64,000 nt of DNA from Phascolarctobacterium sp. Its GTDB lineage: Bacteria; Bacillota; Negativicutes; Acidaminococcales; Acidaminococcaceae. The DNA lies in assembly GCA_017457085.1 (NCBI GenBank), contig JAFTID010000048.1, forward strand, positions 4,893 through 68,892, in the 5' to 3' direction. The notes beneath the pieces are model-generated. The model was not told where the DNA came from, searched no databases, and was given only the letters and a program-made list of their open reading frames with translations. Made by a program: the position numbers and the translations under genes. Every line of letters begins with the position of its first letter. The first letter of the stretch is position 1. Positions 54,659 to 63,120 of the stretch are shown piece after piece.

Positions 54659-55756
54659 GTGAAAGATATGTATAAGTACGAACATGGTGGAGATGTTTAT
54701 AGCAGTAAGACCACTGCTGACGGAAAAGAATATATAGATTTTTCTGCTAACATCAATCCGTTGGGCTTACCTGCTGGCGTGAAAGAGGCAGTAAAGTCTG
54801 CTTTGAAAAATTGTGTAAATTATCCGGATCCCTTCTGCCGTGAGCTGCGTACTGCGACGGCAAATTATTTGCAGGTGGCAGAGGAAAATATTTTCTTCGG
54901 CAATGGTGCGGCAGATGTGCTGTTTCGTTTGGTACTTGCCTTGAAGCCGCGTAGGGCTTTGCTTTTGGCACCTACCTTTGCTGATTACGAAAAGGCTTTA
55001 CGTTCTGTGGACTGCAAAATAAATTGCTATGACCTGCAACCCCAAAGAGATTTCAAAATTGGGAAAGGCATTTTGCGTGCCATCACCACCACTACGGATA
55101 TGGTTGTCATTTGCAATCCCAATAATCCCACAGGACAGTTAACCGATAGAGAACTGCTGTTAAAAATTCTTAATAAATGTGTCGAAGTAAATGCAAAGCT
55201 TCTGATTGACGAATGCTTCATGGATTTTGTAGATGCTGACAGAAGCTTTAGCATGCGAGATTTATTAGAGGAATATCCCAATCTGATTATCCTCAAGGCG
55301 TTTACCAAAACTTTCGCCATGCCGGGCATCCGCCTTGGCTATTGCTTGAATGGTGATGCCAAGCTTCACGAAATGTTGTACAAACACGGACAAGACTGGA
55401 GCGTTTCCATCCTTGCACAGGAAGCTGGCAAGGCTGCTTTGCAAGAACAGTATTATCTTTATGCAGCGTTTACCCTCATTAAGGAAGAACGCCAGTACCT
55501 TATTAATCAGCTGCGTAGCTTGGGAGCAGAGGTGTATGGTTCCCACGCTAATTATATTTTTTTCAAGATGGAACAGCCGAAAAATTTAGATGTTCTGTTA
55601 CGGGAGCAGGGGTATTTGATTCGTTCCTGCGCAAATTATCATAATTTAAATGAAGATTATTATCGAATCGCGGTGAAGACGAGAGTTTTGAACCGTGGTT
55701 TGATTAAAGCAATTAAGGAAGTTAAGAAAAATGCGCTCTTTGCTGGTAATCATTGA
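54659..55756 (+). CDS. cobD: L-threonine-O-3-phosphate decarboxylase (class I/II aminotransferase fold)
   Basis: N-terminus YEHGGDVY, ICNPNNPTG and the KAFTKTFAMPGIRLGY PLP-lysine region. Position is next to cbiB. Confidence 0.75.
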   Translation: MKDMYKYEHGGDVYSSKTTADGKEYIDFSANINPLGLPAGVKEAVKSALKNCVNYPDPFCRELRTATANYLQVAEENIFFGNGAADVLFRLVLALKPRRALLLAPTFADYEKALRSVDCKINCYDLQPQRDFKIGKGILRAITTTTDMVVICNPNNPTGQLTDRELLLKILNKCVEVNAKLLIDECFMDFVDADRSFSMRDLLEEYPNLIILKAFTKTFAMPGIRLGYCLNGDAKLHEMLYKHGQDWSVSILAQEAGKAALQEQYYLYAAFTLIKEERQYLINQLRSLGAEVYGSHANYIFFKMEQPKNLDVLLREQGYLIRSCANYHNLNEDYYRIAVKTRVLNRGLIKAIKEVKKNALFAGNH

Positions 55757-56855
55757 TGGCTTGGGGGATGATTCTTTTGCCGCGTGGCAGGGGAAGTCTC
55801 CTTTTGAAAAGGCAGTACATAAAAATATAGATGAGCTTATATATAAAGGAAGCTTTCAGCAGTTGAGCATTTGCGAAAATGACCTTGTGCCTGAAAGCTG
55901 TAGCTGTATTTTACGCTTGCTAGGCGTTGATAAAAAGGATATGCCCCAAAATCGGGCTTACCTAGAGCTGCTCGCCAATGGACGTGACGTTTCAGAATAC
56001 GAAATGGTTTTGCGCTGTAACCTTGTGGCAGTAGATGAAGCTGGTTATCTGGTAGGCTTTAACGGAGCAGGACTGAATGCTTCCCAAATGGAAGAAGCAG
56101 CCAAGCTGTGTGATGGTATTTTGAAGGATATCGAGTTCATTCATTTGTCGGAGTACCGCAATCTGCTGATTATGAGTAAGGAAGCCAAGGTGCTGAACTG
56201 CAAAATAAAACCCCCACACGAAAGTGTAGGGGAGCATTTAGAAGAACTGCTTGCCGATTTAAAGAATAGTTCTTTAGCCGTAAAGTATTTTTTGCAGGAA
56301 GCAGAGGCTCGTTTAAAAAGCTTCTCCCACGACGGAGTGCATTATGCTCTTTATCCCTGGGGCGTTTCTGCACGACAAAGCTTGCCCAGTTTTTATAATT
56401 TGCATAAATTGCGGGGTGGTGTTGTCTGTAAGGCAGAGATTGTCCGTGGCATAGGCAAGGCTTTGGGAATGGAAGTGCTTGTTCCTAAAAATGCAACAGG
56501 CGATGTGGATACGGACTTAACTGCGAAAGCAGAAGCAACCTTGGAATTATTACAGCAGTACGATTTTGTAGTGGCGCACTTCAACGGTACGGACGAAGCT
56601 GCTCACCGATACGATGCTTTGGGAAAGGTAGCGTTCCTTGAGCGTATCGACAGGGAATTTTTAGGCAAGGTGCTTAGTGAAGCACGGGAGCCTTTAAAAA
56701 TAGTAATCTGTGGTGACCACGTAACAAGTTCCGTAACAGGTAAGCACGATAGTGGTGCAGTTCCTGTTGTCGCTGTTTGTACTGACGGAAGCGTTGCAGT
56801 TAAATTGGAAAATTATCAAGATATCATAAAATTTTTAATGAAAGAGTGTGATTAG
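55731..56855 (+). CDS. Alkaline-phosphatase-superfamily metalloenzyme, cofactor-independent phosphoglycerate mutase (ApgM)-like
   Basis: 374 aa. The N-terminus [14 protein letters not shown] and late GDHVT motif are typical of the metalloenzyme/phosphomutase family. Overlaps the cobD stop by 26 nt. Confidence 0.6.
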   Translation: MRSLLVIIDGLGDDSFAAWQGKSPFEKAVHKNIDELIYKGSFQQLSICENDLVPESCSCILRLLGVDKKDMPQNRAYLELLANGRDVSEYEMVLRCNLVAVDEAGYLVGFNGAGLNASQMEEAAKLCDGILKDIEFIHLSEYRNLLIMSKEAKVLNCKIKPPHESVGEHLEELLADLKNSSLAVKYFLQEAEARLKSFSHDGVHYALYPWGVSARQSLPSFYNLHKLRGGVVCKAEIVRGIGKALGMEVLVPKNATGDVDTDLTAKAEATLELLQQYDFVVAHFNGTDEAAHRYDALGKVAFLERIDREFLGKVLSEAREPLKIVICGDHVTSSVTGKHDSGAVPVVAVCTDGSVAVKLENYQDIIKFLMKECD

Positions 56856-56856
56856 T

Positions 56857-58380
56857 ATGGCAAAGGTAATTATGGTGCAGGGCACAATGTCTAATGCAGG
56901 CAAAAGCTTGGTAACTGCAGGTTTGTGCCGTGTGTTTAACCAAGACGGCAAAAAGGTTGCACCCTTTAAATCTCAAAATATGGCGCTGAACTCCTTCATT
57001 ACCAGTGAGGGAGCTGAAATGGGACGTGCGCAGGTTGTACAGGCGGAAGCTGCCGGTATTGAACCTAGCGTGCTGATGAACCCCATTCTCTTGAAGCCGA
57101 CTAGCGATAGCGGTTCCCAGGTCATTGTTAATGGTGAGCCTATCGGTACCATGAGTGCAGGTGAATATTTTAAAATGAAGCACACCCTGCGCCCGAAGAT
57201 TATGGAAGCCTACAACAAGCTGGACGAAAATTTTGATGTTATCGTCATTGAAGGCGCAGGCAGTCCTGCGGAAATCAACATTAAAAAAGACGACTTCGTG
57301 AATATGGGCATGGCTAAGATGGCAAAGTCCCCCGTGCTTTTGGTAGCAGATATTGACAGGGGCGGTGTCTTTGCTTCCATTTATGGAACCTTGATGCTTT
57401 TGGAAGAAGATGAACGCGCCTTGGTGAAAGGTGTTATTATCAACAAGTTCCGTGGCGATGTGGAAATTCTTCGTCCCGGCTTGAAGATGATTGAAGATAA
57501 AACTGGTGTGCCCATCGTAGGCGTGCTGCCCATGCTCCACGTTGACATCGAAGATGAAGACAGTCTTTCTGAACGCATCAGCGGTCATAGCGAAGTGAAG
57601 CTGATTGACATTGCCGTAGTACGTTTGCCTAGAATGTCCAATTATACTGACTTCAACGTCTTTGAATTGATTCCCGGTGTGTCCCTGCGTTATGTAAGTA
57701 GCGTGCGTGAACTGGGCAACCCGGATATGATTATCATTCCCGGAACTAAGAACACCATTGGTGATTTGAAATGGTTGCGCCAAAGTGGTTTGGAAGCTTC
57801 CATTTTGAAAAAAGCCAATACTGGAACTGTAGTCTTCGGTATTTGCGGTGGCTACCAAATTTTAGGTAAGAACCTTTCTGACCCCTTGGGTGTGGAAGAT
57901 GGCGGCGACGTTCCTGGTATGGGACTTCTTGATGCGGAAACTGTTTTCATCGAAAAGAAACGCACCATTCAAATGGAAGGCAAGTTCGGCGAAGTGCAAG
58001 GCATCTTTGCTGGTTTAAGTGGTATGCCTCTTTACGGCTACGAAATTCATTCCGGCGTAACTAACGTATCTAATGAAGAAAACTGTTTAACCAGCATTAA
58101 ACCCATTCACGAAACTGGGGAGGTAATGGCAGAAGGTGCCCAAACTGTTAAAGATAAATTGAACGTTTACGGTACCTACGTCCACGGCATTTTTGACTGC
58201 GAGGGTATTGCCGTTAAAATTGTGGAAGCCTTACTGGCGAAAAAGGGTATGAAGATGGAAGACATCAAGATTATCAATTTTGCTGATTACAAAAAGCAAC
58301 AGTACGATATTTTAGCAGATAGCATTCGCCAAAATCTTGATATGGAAAAAATCTACGAAATTCTGGAAGCTGGTGTGTAA
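56857..58380 (+). CDS. cbiP: Cobyric acid synthase
   Basis: ATG at 56857. [12 protein letters not shown]-loop and a C-terminal GATase with ICGGYQILG. Confidence 0.9.
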   Translation: MAKVIMVQGTMSNAGKSLVTAGLCRVFNQDGKKVAPFKSQNMALNSFITSEGAEMGRAQVVQAEAAGIEPSVLMNPILLKPTSDSGSQVIVNGEPIGTMSAGEYFKMKHTLRPKIMEAYNKLDENFDVIVIEGAGSPAEINIKKDDFVNMGMAKMAKSPVLLVADIDRGGVFASIYGTLMLLEEDERALVKGVIINKFRGDVEILRPGLKMIEDKTGVPIVGVLPMLHVDIEDEDSLSERISGHSEVKLIDIAVVRLPRMSNYTDFNVFELIPGVSLRYVSSVRELGNPDMIIIPGTKNTIGDLKWLRQSGLEASILKKANTGTVVFGICGGYQILGKNLSDPLGVEDGGDVPGMGLLDAETVFIEKKRTIQMEGKFGEVQGIFAGLSGMPLYGYEIHSGVTNVSNEENCLTSIKPIHETGEVMAEGAQTVKDKLNVYGTYVHGIFDCEGIAVKIVEALLAKKGMKMEDIKIINFADYKKQQYDILADSIRQNLDMEKIYEILEAGV

Positions 58381-58911
58381 ATGAAGGACGGCGGCTTGAT
58401 TCACATTTATTGTGGTGACGGTAAGGGGAAGACCACTGCTTCCTTAGGTTTGGCAGTACGTTGTAGCGGTCACGGGAACAAGGTGCTTTTTGTGCAGTTC
58501 CTTAAGGCGTGGCGCACAGGGGAGCTGAATACCTTGGAACTGCTTCCTAATATTGAAGTGTTGCGTGCTAAGGAAACTGCTAAATTCACTTTCCAGATGA
58601 CTGCAGAAGAAAAGGCGCAGGTTCTAAAAGACCACATGACTTTATTTGAAACTGTCAAAAATAAATGTGTTGCTGAGAAAATTGACCTGCTTATTTTAGA
58701 TGAAGTTGTAGGTGCTTGTGACAGAGGTGTCTTTAATAAGGAAGCACTCTTAGAGTTTTTAAGAAACAAGCCTGAAAATTTAGAGGTTGTTATGACGGGA
58801 CGTAATCCTTTTCCAGAATTAGTAGAGTTGGCAGATTATGTCTCTGAAATTTGCAAGCGTAAGCATCCCAAAGATAAGGGGATTATGGCGCGCGTAGGAA
58901 TAGAAAGGTAG
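58381..58911 (+). CDS. cobO: Cob(I)yrinic acid a,c-diamide adenosyltransferase
   Basis: GLIHIYCGDGKGKTTASLGLAVR and ILDEV. Confidence 0.85.
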   Translation: MKDGGLIHIYCGDGKGKTTASLGLAVRCSGHGNKVLFVQFLKAWRTGELNTLELLPNIEVLRAKETAKFTFQMTAEEKAQVLKDHMTLFETVKNKCVAEKIDLLILDEVVGACDRGVFNKEALLEFLRNKPENLEVVMTGRNPFPELVELADYVSEICKRKHPKDKGIMARVGIER

Positions 58912-58919
58912 CGATAAAA

Positions 58920-59549
58920 ATGGAATTACAAAATGTTTTGCCTGCGGATATTGAAAAACGCAGTATGGAAATTATTGGCGAAGAATTGGGACAAATCCAC
59001 ATTGACGAAGAAAAGCTGGATATTGTAAAACGTGTTATTCATACTTCTGCAGATTTTGATTATGCACGCACCCTGTTGTTTTCTGAAGGTGTAGTTGCAA
59101 AAGCTTTGGAAGCTTTGAAAAAAGGTGCGACCATTGTAACCGATACAAACATGGCTTGCACCGGTATTAACAAAATGGGTTTGAACAAGCTGGGGGCGAA
59201 AGCAGTATGCTTCATGGCAGATGCAGATATTGCTGCCCGTGCCAAGGAAGCTGGTTCCACCCGTGCAGCTGCTTGCATGGAAAAGGCTTGTGAAATTGCA
59301 GGACCTGTTATCATTGCCGTAGGCAATGCTCCCACTGCCCTGGTTCGTCTTGACGAATTGGTAAAGGAAGGCAAAATTAAACCGGAGCTTGTCATTGGTG
59401 TACCTGTTGGTTTCGTAAACGTAGTTGAATCTAAAGAAATCATTATGCAAACCGGCGTGCCCTACATCGTAGCGCGCGGTCGCAAGGGTGGTAGCAATGT
59501 AGCTGCTGCAATTTGCAATGCTCTTATTTACAAATTGATAGAGCGCTAA
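58920..59549 (+). CDS. cbiC: Cobalt-precorrin-8 methylmutase
   Basis: VIHTSADFDY and GNAPTAL motifs. Confidence 0.85.
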   Translation: MELQNVLPADIEKRSMEIIGEELGQIHIDEEKLDIVKRVIHTSADFDYARTLLFSEGVVAKALEALKKGATIVTDTNMACTGINKMGLNKLGAKAVCFMADADIAARAKEAGSTRAAACMEKACEIAGPVIIAVGNAPTALVRLDELVKEGKIKPELVIGVPVGFVNVVESKEIIMQTGVPYIVARGRKGGSNVAAAICNALIYKLIER

Positions 59550-59570
59550 AATTTGATTTTAAAATATTAA

Positions 59571-59608
59571 AAGTCATTGGGAACATTAAATTCCTAATGA
59601 CTTTTTTA
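59571..59608 (+). terminator. Intrinsic terminator ending the cbi operon
   Basis: AGTCATTGGGAA...TTCCTAATGACT followed by TTTTT. A second weak AT hairpin plus a T12 run lies at about 59670-59705. Confidence 0.65.
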
Positions 59609-59726
59609 CTTTATGAGGTTGTAAATAATTGAACACGAGTATTCGAACAAGATGCTAAGCTCATTACATAAAGAAATATTAATTTCTTGCCTATTTTTTT
59701 TTTTTGGATAAAAATTACAAAAAAGC

Positions 59727-59757
59727 TTGCGTATACAATAACTATATAGTTTATAAT
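59727..59757 (+). promoter_or_regulatory. Regulon-type promoter P11
   Basis: TTGCGT-ATACAATAACTATATAGTT-TATAAT, 19-bp spacer. Confidence 0.55.
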
Positions 59758-59869
59758 ACCTACAAGTTAATGATAACTTATCTTAAATACAATGAATAAG
59801 AAATAGTAAAATAATTTCTGCATCAAAAAATACAAGAAGTCACTTTATTATGAAGTGCATATACTGAAA

Positions 59870-59995
59870 AATAATTTGGCAGGGAAGTTTGGTGAAAATC
59901 CAACGCTGCAAAGCAACTGTGATGTGAGTCGTTTTATCTTAACCGATCGCAAGGGATAAAAGGACAATGAACTAAGTCAGGGCGCTGCCTTTTGT
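59870..59995 (+). promoter_or_regulatory. Cobalamin riboswitch aptamer
   Basis: TGGCAGGGAAGTTTGGTGAAAATCCAACGCTGC...GCAACTGTGATG...AAGTCAGGGCGCTGCC. The GGGAA, GGTGAAAATCC, ACTG and B12-box-like AGTCAGG elements are present. TGGCAG and CTGCC close P1. Confidence 0.75.
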
Positions 59996-60060
59996 ACAAC
60001 ACCTATCAAATACGTAGAGGGATGAACAAAGGGCAATTCTGATACAAAGGGGGTGTATGT

Positions 60061-60237
60061 ATGAATTACAAAGAACTAAAATATTATATTGAGCAATTAG
60101 AGGGTATGGAAGCAGAGAATGTTACGGTAGCCAAGAAAATGCTTCTTGATATTGCAAAGGAAGCACTTATTTATCGTAAGCAGAACGCCGTAAAAGCGCG
60201 ATCAAAATTTGTACAACCAAAATTGAAATCAATGTAA
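60061..60237 (+). CDS. Small ORF (58 aa) directly downstream of the riboswitch
   Basis: The ATG at 60061 follows GGGGGTG. Encodes MNYKELKYYIEQLEGMEAENVTVAKKMLLDIAKEALIYRKQNAVKARSKFVQPKLKSM. It is below the ORF-track cutoff, and coding status is unproven. Confidence 0.35.
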   Translation: MNYKELKYYIEQLEGMEAENVTVAKKMLLDIAKEALIYRKQNAVKARSKFVQPKLKSM

Positions 60238-60328
60238 TTTTCAAGAGCATTAAATAGCATTTGCTTACTTTCAACAGAAGCCGTAAAGTCGGTTTGCTCT
60301 GAAAATAGAATATAAAATTTCGCTGTAG

Positions 60329-60380
60329 GACGTAATTTTATCGTAAGATGGAACACGATAAAATTAGGTCTTTTTTTATT
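60329..60380 (+). terminator. Strong intrinsic terminator (attenuator) 32 nt upstream of the receptor start
   Basis: GAC-G-TAATTTTATCGT, loop, ACGATAAAATTA-G-GTC followed by TTTTTTTATTTT. The upstream ATAAAATT (60312-60319) can pair instead with AATTTTAT (60334-60341). Confidence 0.65.
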
Positions 60381-60411
60381 TTCCAAAACTTTTTAGATTG
60401 GGGATGTATGT

Positions 60412-63102
60412 ATGAAAAAGCACAAGAACAACAAAAGGTTAAGCTTGGCGGTAGCTTTTGTTCTGGGGTGTTTAACGAGCCTTCCTGTATTTGCGGAAGA
60501 GGCAAGTTCAAAAGCAGAGCTTGCTTTTGATTTGGAAGGTATTACCGTAGAGGCTGCGCGCCCTGATTGGGAGAGTAAGCTTTCTCCTGGTAGTGTAACA
60601 GTAATCCGTCCGGATGATTACAAAGGTGAACAAAAAACTTTGCCTGATTTGATGAAAAAAGTTCCTGGTGTGCATGTGCGTGAGGTAAATGGTAAAGGGC
60701 AATATACAACTGTTACCGTTCGTGGCTCTACTGCAGCACAAGTAGGCGTGTTTATTGACGGTGTGCTTAGTAATCTTGGCGGTGATGCTGCTGCGGATCT
60801 TTCCACAATTCCTATTAGTAATGTAGAACGTGTTGAAGTATATCGTGGTTACATTCCTGCACGTTTTGCAGGTACTTTTATTGGCGGTGTTATTAACATT
60901 GTTACTAAAAAGCCTGATAAAGCAAATGTAAATGTGGAACTTGGCAAAAGCTCCTATGGTGGTAAAAAAGGTGCTTTAGAAATTGTTGCTCCGTTAGGTG
61001 ATGGTAGCTTAATGGTTGGCGCTAACTACGAAAGTAGTGATGGCGATTTTAAATATGAAAACTATGCTGCGAAGTATGCTGCTGTAGAAATAGAGAGAGA
61101 AATTGCTGGATATAATCAACATATTAATAATTTGAATAAAGAAAATATAGTAAAATACGAAGGTTTAGGTTTGTTTAGCAGTGACGAATCTAAAGTGTAT
61201 CAGCAGGATACTAATAAATGGAATGAGTTTTTATTAAATGCAGGAAATGATGGTTTCGCTTATCAATATTTAAATTCTGAAAGCTTTCAAAATGAAATAA
61301 AAAATGAGACATATTATCCTGAAAAAAAGATACTTACTCAAGTTGGACTTAAAAATATAGGTGCGTTTTGGAGCGCACCTGAGGATGTGAAACAAAAAGT
61401 TTATGAGTTAGATGCACAATATAGAATTTCTGAAATTCTTCCGGGTAATAATCCTGATGTAAATAAGCTTACAGATCAAGTTAAGGGAGCTCAAAAAAGG
61501 TTAGATTCTGCCAAAAATCCTTATAGATGGAGAGAATATAATGATTACGAAAAAATAAACTCCATAGTTAAATGGCAAAATGATAATTGGATGGTTAAGG
61601 GGGCATGGAATAAAGTTGATAGACATTTGCCGAATAGTTTATATCAAGAAGTACAAGCGGCCAGTGCTATATATGCTTATCAAACTGATACAGGTGAAGT
61701 TATAAGTTGGAGACCATTAGATAGTAGGCGCCAGAAAATTGACGATAAAGAATTGTTGATACAAAATAGGCAAACTATTGGTGACCTTGAATGGGGTTGG
61801 ATGCTTGATTATGTTAAATCAGAAAAGGATTATCGCGCAGAACAAGTTTTAAATGCAGACAATGCACCTCCAATGACTAAATGGAGTGAATATAATTCTG
61901 ATAAATATAGTGGTCAAATTGATGGTGCTTATAAGATTTCTGATAACAATATGTTAGATTTTCAAGTGAATTATTCTTATGAGCAAATGAAGGTTGATGG
62001 AAATGATGTTAATAAACCTTTAGATACATTTGGTGATGGTGGCACAAGTTCTGAAAATAGTGTTTTGGATCCCTATAGACAACTTAGAAAAAAATATGAT
62101 CAAGAACTTCTAAATATGCAGTTACAAGACACTATAACTTTAGATAAAAAAGCATCCTGGCAAATAACACCAAGTATTCGATACAATAAATCTACTATTA
62201 TAGGTTATAGTGATGCATCTCGTTTAGGGAATAATTTATATAGTTGGATTAGTACAAAAGATGAGCAGTCTAATAGTAAGACTACCTGGCAATTGGCATT
62301 AAAGAAAAAGTTTGATGACAATTTTACAATGCGTCTGACTGGTGGTACCTATTATCGTTTGCTTAATATGTATGAAATTGCTGGCGATGGTGCTTCAATA
62401 GTACCTGCTCCTAATTATGGTGATACTAGTGCTGCAAGTTTTCTTGAACCAGAATATGGTAAACAATTTGATGTCAGTGCTATTTGGCATGGCAAAGCTT
62501 TGGGGGCTGATAATAATACGACAGTGACATATTTTTGGAGAGATTCTGAAAATATGCTGCAGTTAGAAAAATACACTAATTATTTCTGGTGTTATCGTAA
62601 TGACATTAAAGGCACTTCTAATGGTATAGAGCTACAAAGTACTTTTAATTGGAATAAGTTTGATTTAGATATTAAGGCAACATATACCAATAGCAAGTTG
62701 CAACAAAAATATAGCACACCTGGTCTTCATTATGACTACAGAGATGTATACGCAACCTATCAACCTGAATGGGAAGGGAATGTACGCTTAACCTATAGAC
62801 CTGTTGAAAATGTAGATTTGTTTGGAGAAATGCATTATATGGATTCCTATTACACAAATCATAGCAAAGTTGATGGTGCTTCTAGTGGTATGCCAACAGA
62901 TGAATTGTTAGTGTTTAATACTGGTATTAAGTTCAAAACAAGAAATAACTGGCAGTTTACTATTGGATGTAATGATGTATTTAATCAAGGCCCAAAACAA
63001 TCAGTAGTTATCAAGTCTTATGAAGCAGGCATCATAAATGTAAATCCAGAATATCCGCAGCAGGGAAGAACTTATTATATAACTGCAAAATATAGTTTTT
63101 AA
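60412..63102 (+). CDS. TonB-dependent outer-membrane receptor 4 (large, riboswitch-linked, BtuB-like role inferred)
   Basis: 896 aa with a signal peptide. Plug motif VEVYRGYIPARFAGTFIGGVINIVTK. Terminal AKYSF. Confidence 0.85.
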   Translation: MKKHKNNKRLSLAVAFVLGCLTSLPVFAEEASSKAELAFDLEGITVEAARPDWESKLSPGSVTVIRPDDYKGEQKTLPDLMKKVPGVHVREVNGKGQYTTVTVRGSTAAQVGVFIDGVLSNLGGDAAADLSTIPISNVERVEVYRGYIPARFAGTFIGGVINIVTKKPDKANVNVELGKSSYGGKKGALEIVAPLGDGSLMVGANYESSDGDFKYENYAAKYAAVEIEREIAGYNQHINNLNKENIVKYEGLGLFSSDESKVYQQDTNKWNEFLLNAGNDGFAYQYLNSESFQNEIKNETYYPEKKILTQVGLKNIGAFWSAPEDVKQKVYELDAQYRISEILPGNNPDVNKLTDQVKGAQKRLDSAKNPYRWREYNDYEKINSIVKWQNDNWMVKGAWNKVDRHLPNSLYQEVQAASAIYAYQTDTGEVISWRPLDSRRQKIDDKELLIQNRQTIGDLEWGWMLDYVKSEKDYRAEQVLNADNAPPMTKWSEYNSDKYSGQIDGAYKISDNNMLDFQVNYSYEQMKVDGNDVNKPLDTFGDGGTSSENSVLDPYRQLRKKYDQELLNMQLQDTITLDKKASWQITPSIRYNKSTIIGYSDASRLGNNLYSWISTKDEQSNSKTTWQLALKKKFDDNFTMRLTGGTYYRLLNMYEIAGDGASIVPAPNYGDTSAASFLEPEYGKQFDVSAIWHGKALGADNNTTVTYFWRDSENMLQLEKYTNYFWCYRNDIKGTSNGIELQSTFNWNKFDLDIKATYTNSKLQQKYSTPGLHYDYRDVYATYQPEWEGNVRLTYRPVENVDLFGEMHYMDSYYTNHSKVDGASSGMPTDELLVFNTGIKFKTRNNWQFTIGCNDVFNQGPKQSVVIKSYEAGIINVNPEYPQQGRTYYITAKYSF

Positions 63103-63120
63103 AAGAAAGGATGTAGTTTA

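Noticed and set aside
56824-57858. Long antisense ORFs opposite well-supported genes. Examples are 344 aa at 56824-57858, 242 aa at 49510-50238, 219 aa at 37445-38104, 207 aa at 15212-15835, 181 aa at 47601-48146, 174 aa at 58926-59450 and 173 aa at 13236-13757.
   Set aside because: Each lies fully inside a + strand gene that has clear family motifs. The translations are low-complexity or Cys/His/Phe-rich with no recognisable motifs. They are typical shadow ORFs.
60171-60386. 71-aa ORF on the - strand between the riboswitch and the receptor
   Set aside because: It overlaps the + strand small ORF and the terminator hairpin. It has no SD, and its composition is not protein-like.
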